Shown in pieces: positions 62,800 to 64,000 of a stretch of 64,000 nucleotides of DNA. How positions within the stretch are numbered: the first letter of the stretch is position 1; every line of letters starts with the position of its first letter. Location of the stretch: positions 192,001-256,000 of the forward strand of contig JBBDYJ010000038.1 of the NCBI GenBank assembly GCA_040901675.1, written 5' to 3'. The DNA is from Pirellulales bacterium. GTDB taxonomy: Bacteria; Planctomycetota; Planctomycetia; Pirellulales; JAICIG01. The translations under genes were made by a program, and so were the position numbers. Below the pieces are notes generated by a model, which saw nothing but the letters and a program-made list of their open reading frames with translations, ran no database searches and was not told where the DNA came from.

Positions 62800-63470
62800 G
62801 CCGGCCCCTTGAAAGCACTTCTGCAAAGGACAATCAACAGATGCCACCGGCCCAAACCGTCCCGGTGCCCGAGATCGGCCTGGTCGGAGACCTGACCGAC
62901 AACGAGTGCGACCTGACCGAGCGGCTGCTCGACGTGCCGGCGGGCGGCCAATGCATCTTTTACATCGACTCGCCCGGCGGCAGCCCGTATACGGGCATGT
63001 CGTTGATGTCGCTGGTGCTGCTCCGCGGCCTGCGGGCGACCGGCGTGGTCACCGGCGAGTGTTCGTCGGCTGCGCTGTGGCTGCTGGGTGCCTGCACGCG
63101 CCGCATTGTCACCCCCTGCAGCGTGCTGTTGTTTCACCCCATGAAGTGGCAGAGCGAGGAGCACGTCCGGCTGGCCGAGGCCGCCGAGTGGGCCCGCCAT
63201 TTCGGCCAGCTCGAAACGCAGATGGACGAACTGCTGGCCCGTCTCTTCGGCATCCCCTTCGACCGGATGGCCCGCTGGATGGAGCCCGGCCGATATGTTT
63301 CGGGCCGCGAGCTGGCCGAAGCCGGCCTTGCCGAGCTGGTCGAGCTCAAGCCGCTGGAGCTGTTTTCTCACAACGGCGCCCCCCGCCCCCGCCGCCGGGA
63401 TACGGAGCGAAGGGGCGATCGGGTGAAGGGGAGAAGGCGGGAGACGAAGACGCGCTTGGCCGATGGCTGA
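62796..63470 (+). CDS. Divergent ClpP-like protease; start uncertain
   Basis: [20 protein letters not shown] (Ser), LLFHP (His). Confidence 0.75.
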   Translation: MSRPLESTSAKDNQQMPPAQTVPVPEIGLVGDLTDNECDLTERLLDVPAGGQCIFYIDSPGGSPYTGMSLMSLVLLRGLRATGVVTGECSSAALWLLGACTRRIVTPCSVLLFHPMKWQSEEHVRLAEAAEWARHFGQLETQMDELLARLFGIPFDRMARWMEPGRYVSGRELAEAGLAELVELKPLELFSHNGAPRPRRRDTERRGDRVKGRRRETKTRLADG

Positions 63471-63557
63471 CCGCCGAAAACTGACGGCCCGTCCGCCGTT
63501 CGCTCGGCAGCCTCCAGCACCCTTCTGCCTTCATCCTTCTGCCTTCTGCCTTTCCCC

Positions 63558-64000
63558 TCATCCTCCCCGGTAACCGTCGTGGCAGGTGTTGCACGCCTGG
63601 TTCAGCCGGCCGGCGGCGGCCTGGGCTCGCTGGAAGCTGTCGGCCTGGACTGCCTCCACAATTTCGCGGGCCTGCTGCTCCAGCTCGCGGGCATACTCCG
63701 AGTACGTCTCGTCGTCGCCATACTCGAAGCTGGGGTCCTGGATCACCCGCGCGATCACCGCCACCAGCTCGGCCTCTTTCACGAGCTGGGCCCGGTTCTT
63801 GGAAAACTCGCCCCGGTCCGCCGTCCAGGCCTTGAGGGGCTGGCTGTAACCTTCGACTCCCATCCGCGCCATCAGCGGCGGGCGGTTCACCACGTCGGCC
63901 CATTTGGCTTCGGCGTCGGCCTTGGGAAGCTCGATCTTGCCGCCGGCGACCAGCTCGGCCAGATCATCGCTTCGCATCTTGGCCTCTTTGTACGAGTTGT
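63558..64000 (-). CDS. Cytochrome c'-like protein, C-terminal part
   Basis: Helical sequence ending CNTCHDGYR; frame open to the window end. Confidence 0.75.
   Translation of the reverse strand, partial: NSYKEAKMRSDDLAELVAGGKIELPKADAEAKWADVVNRPPLMARMGVEGYSQPLKAWTADRGEFSKNRAQLVKEAELVAVIARVIQDPSFEYGDDETYSEYARELEQQAREIVEAVQADSFQRAQAAAGRLNQACNTCHDGYRGG

Overview
High-GC window that looks like a Planctomycetota (Pirellulales-like) chromosome; the taxon is inferred from gene families and repeat style. The backbone (1-9.8 kb and ~30.7-64 kb) carries housekeeping genes (leuS, pyc, ald, der, lnt, moeA, trpG/pabA, nadA), many secreted or lineage-typical hypotheticals, one REP-associated tyrosine transposase (RAYT) and at least six families of REP-like hairpins. 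A decaying ~20 kb island begins at the 3' end of tRNA-Ala(GGC). It holds a broken integrase, a thioredoxin-like ORF split by an in-frame TGA in a CxxU context with a SECIS-like hairpin, a GAF/PAS kinase with a NarL-type regulator, general-stress genes, a GT/FAD-oxidoreductase/GH1/RmlD glycan cluster with ruined galKTE, mobile-element debris and a MazF-like module. The strongest leads are the candidate selenoprotein, a two-gene HNH cassette flanked by a diverged duplication of a host gene's 3' end, a standalone ~70-nt sRNA with promoter and terminator, the GTGC-type RAYT/REP system, and an MFS permease with an EF-hand insert. All calls are by eye; no searches were run.
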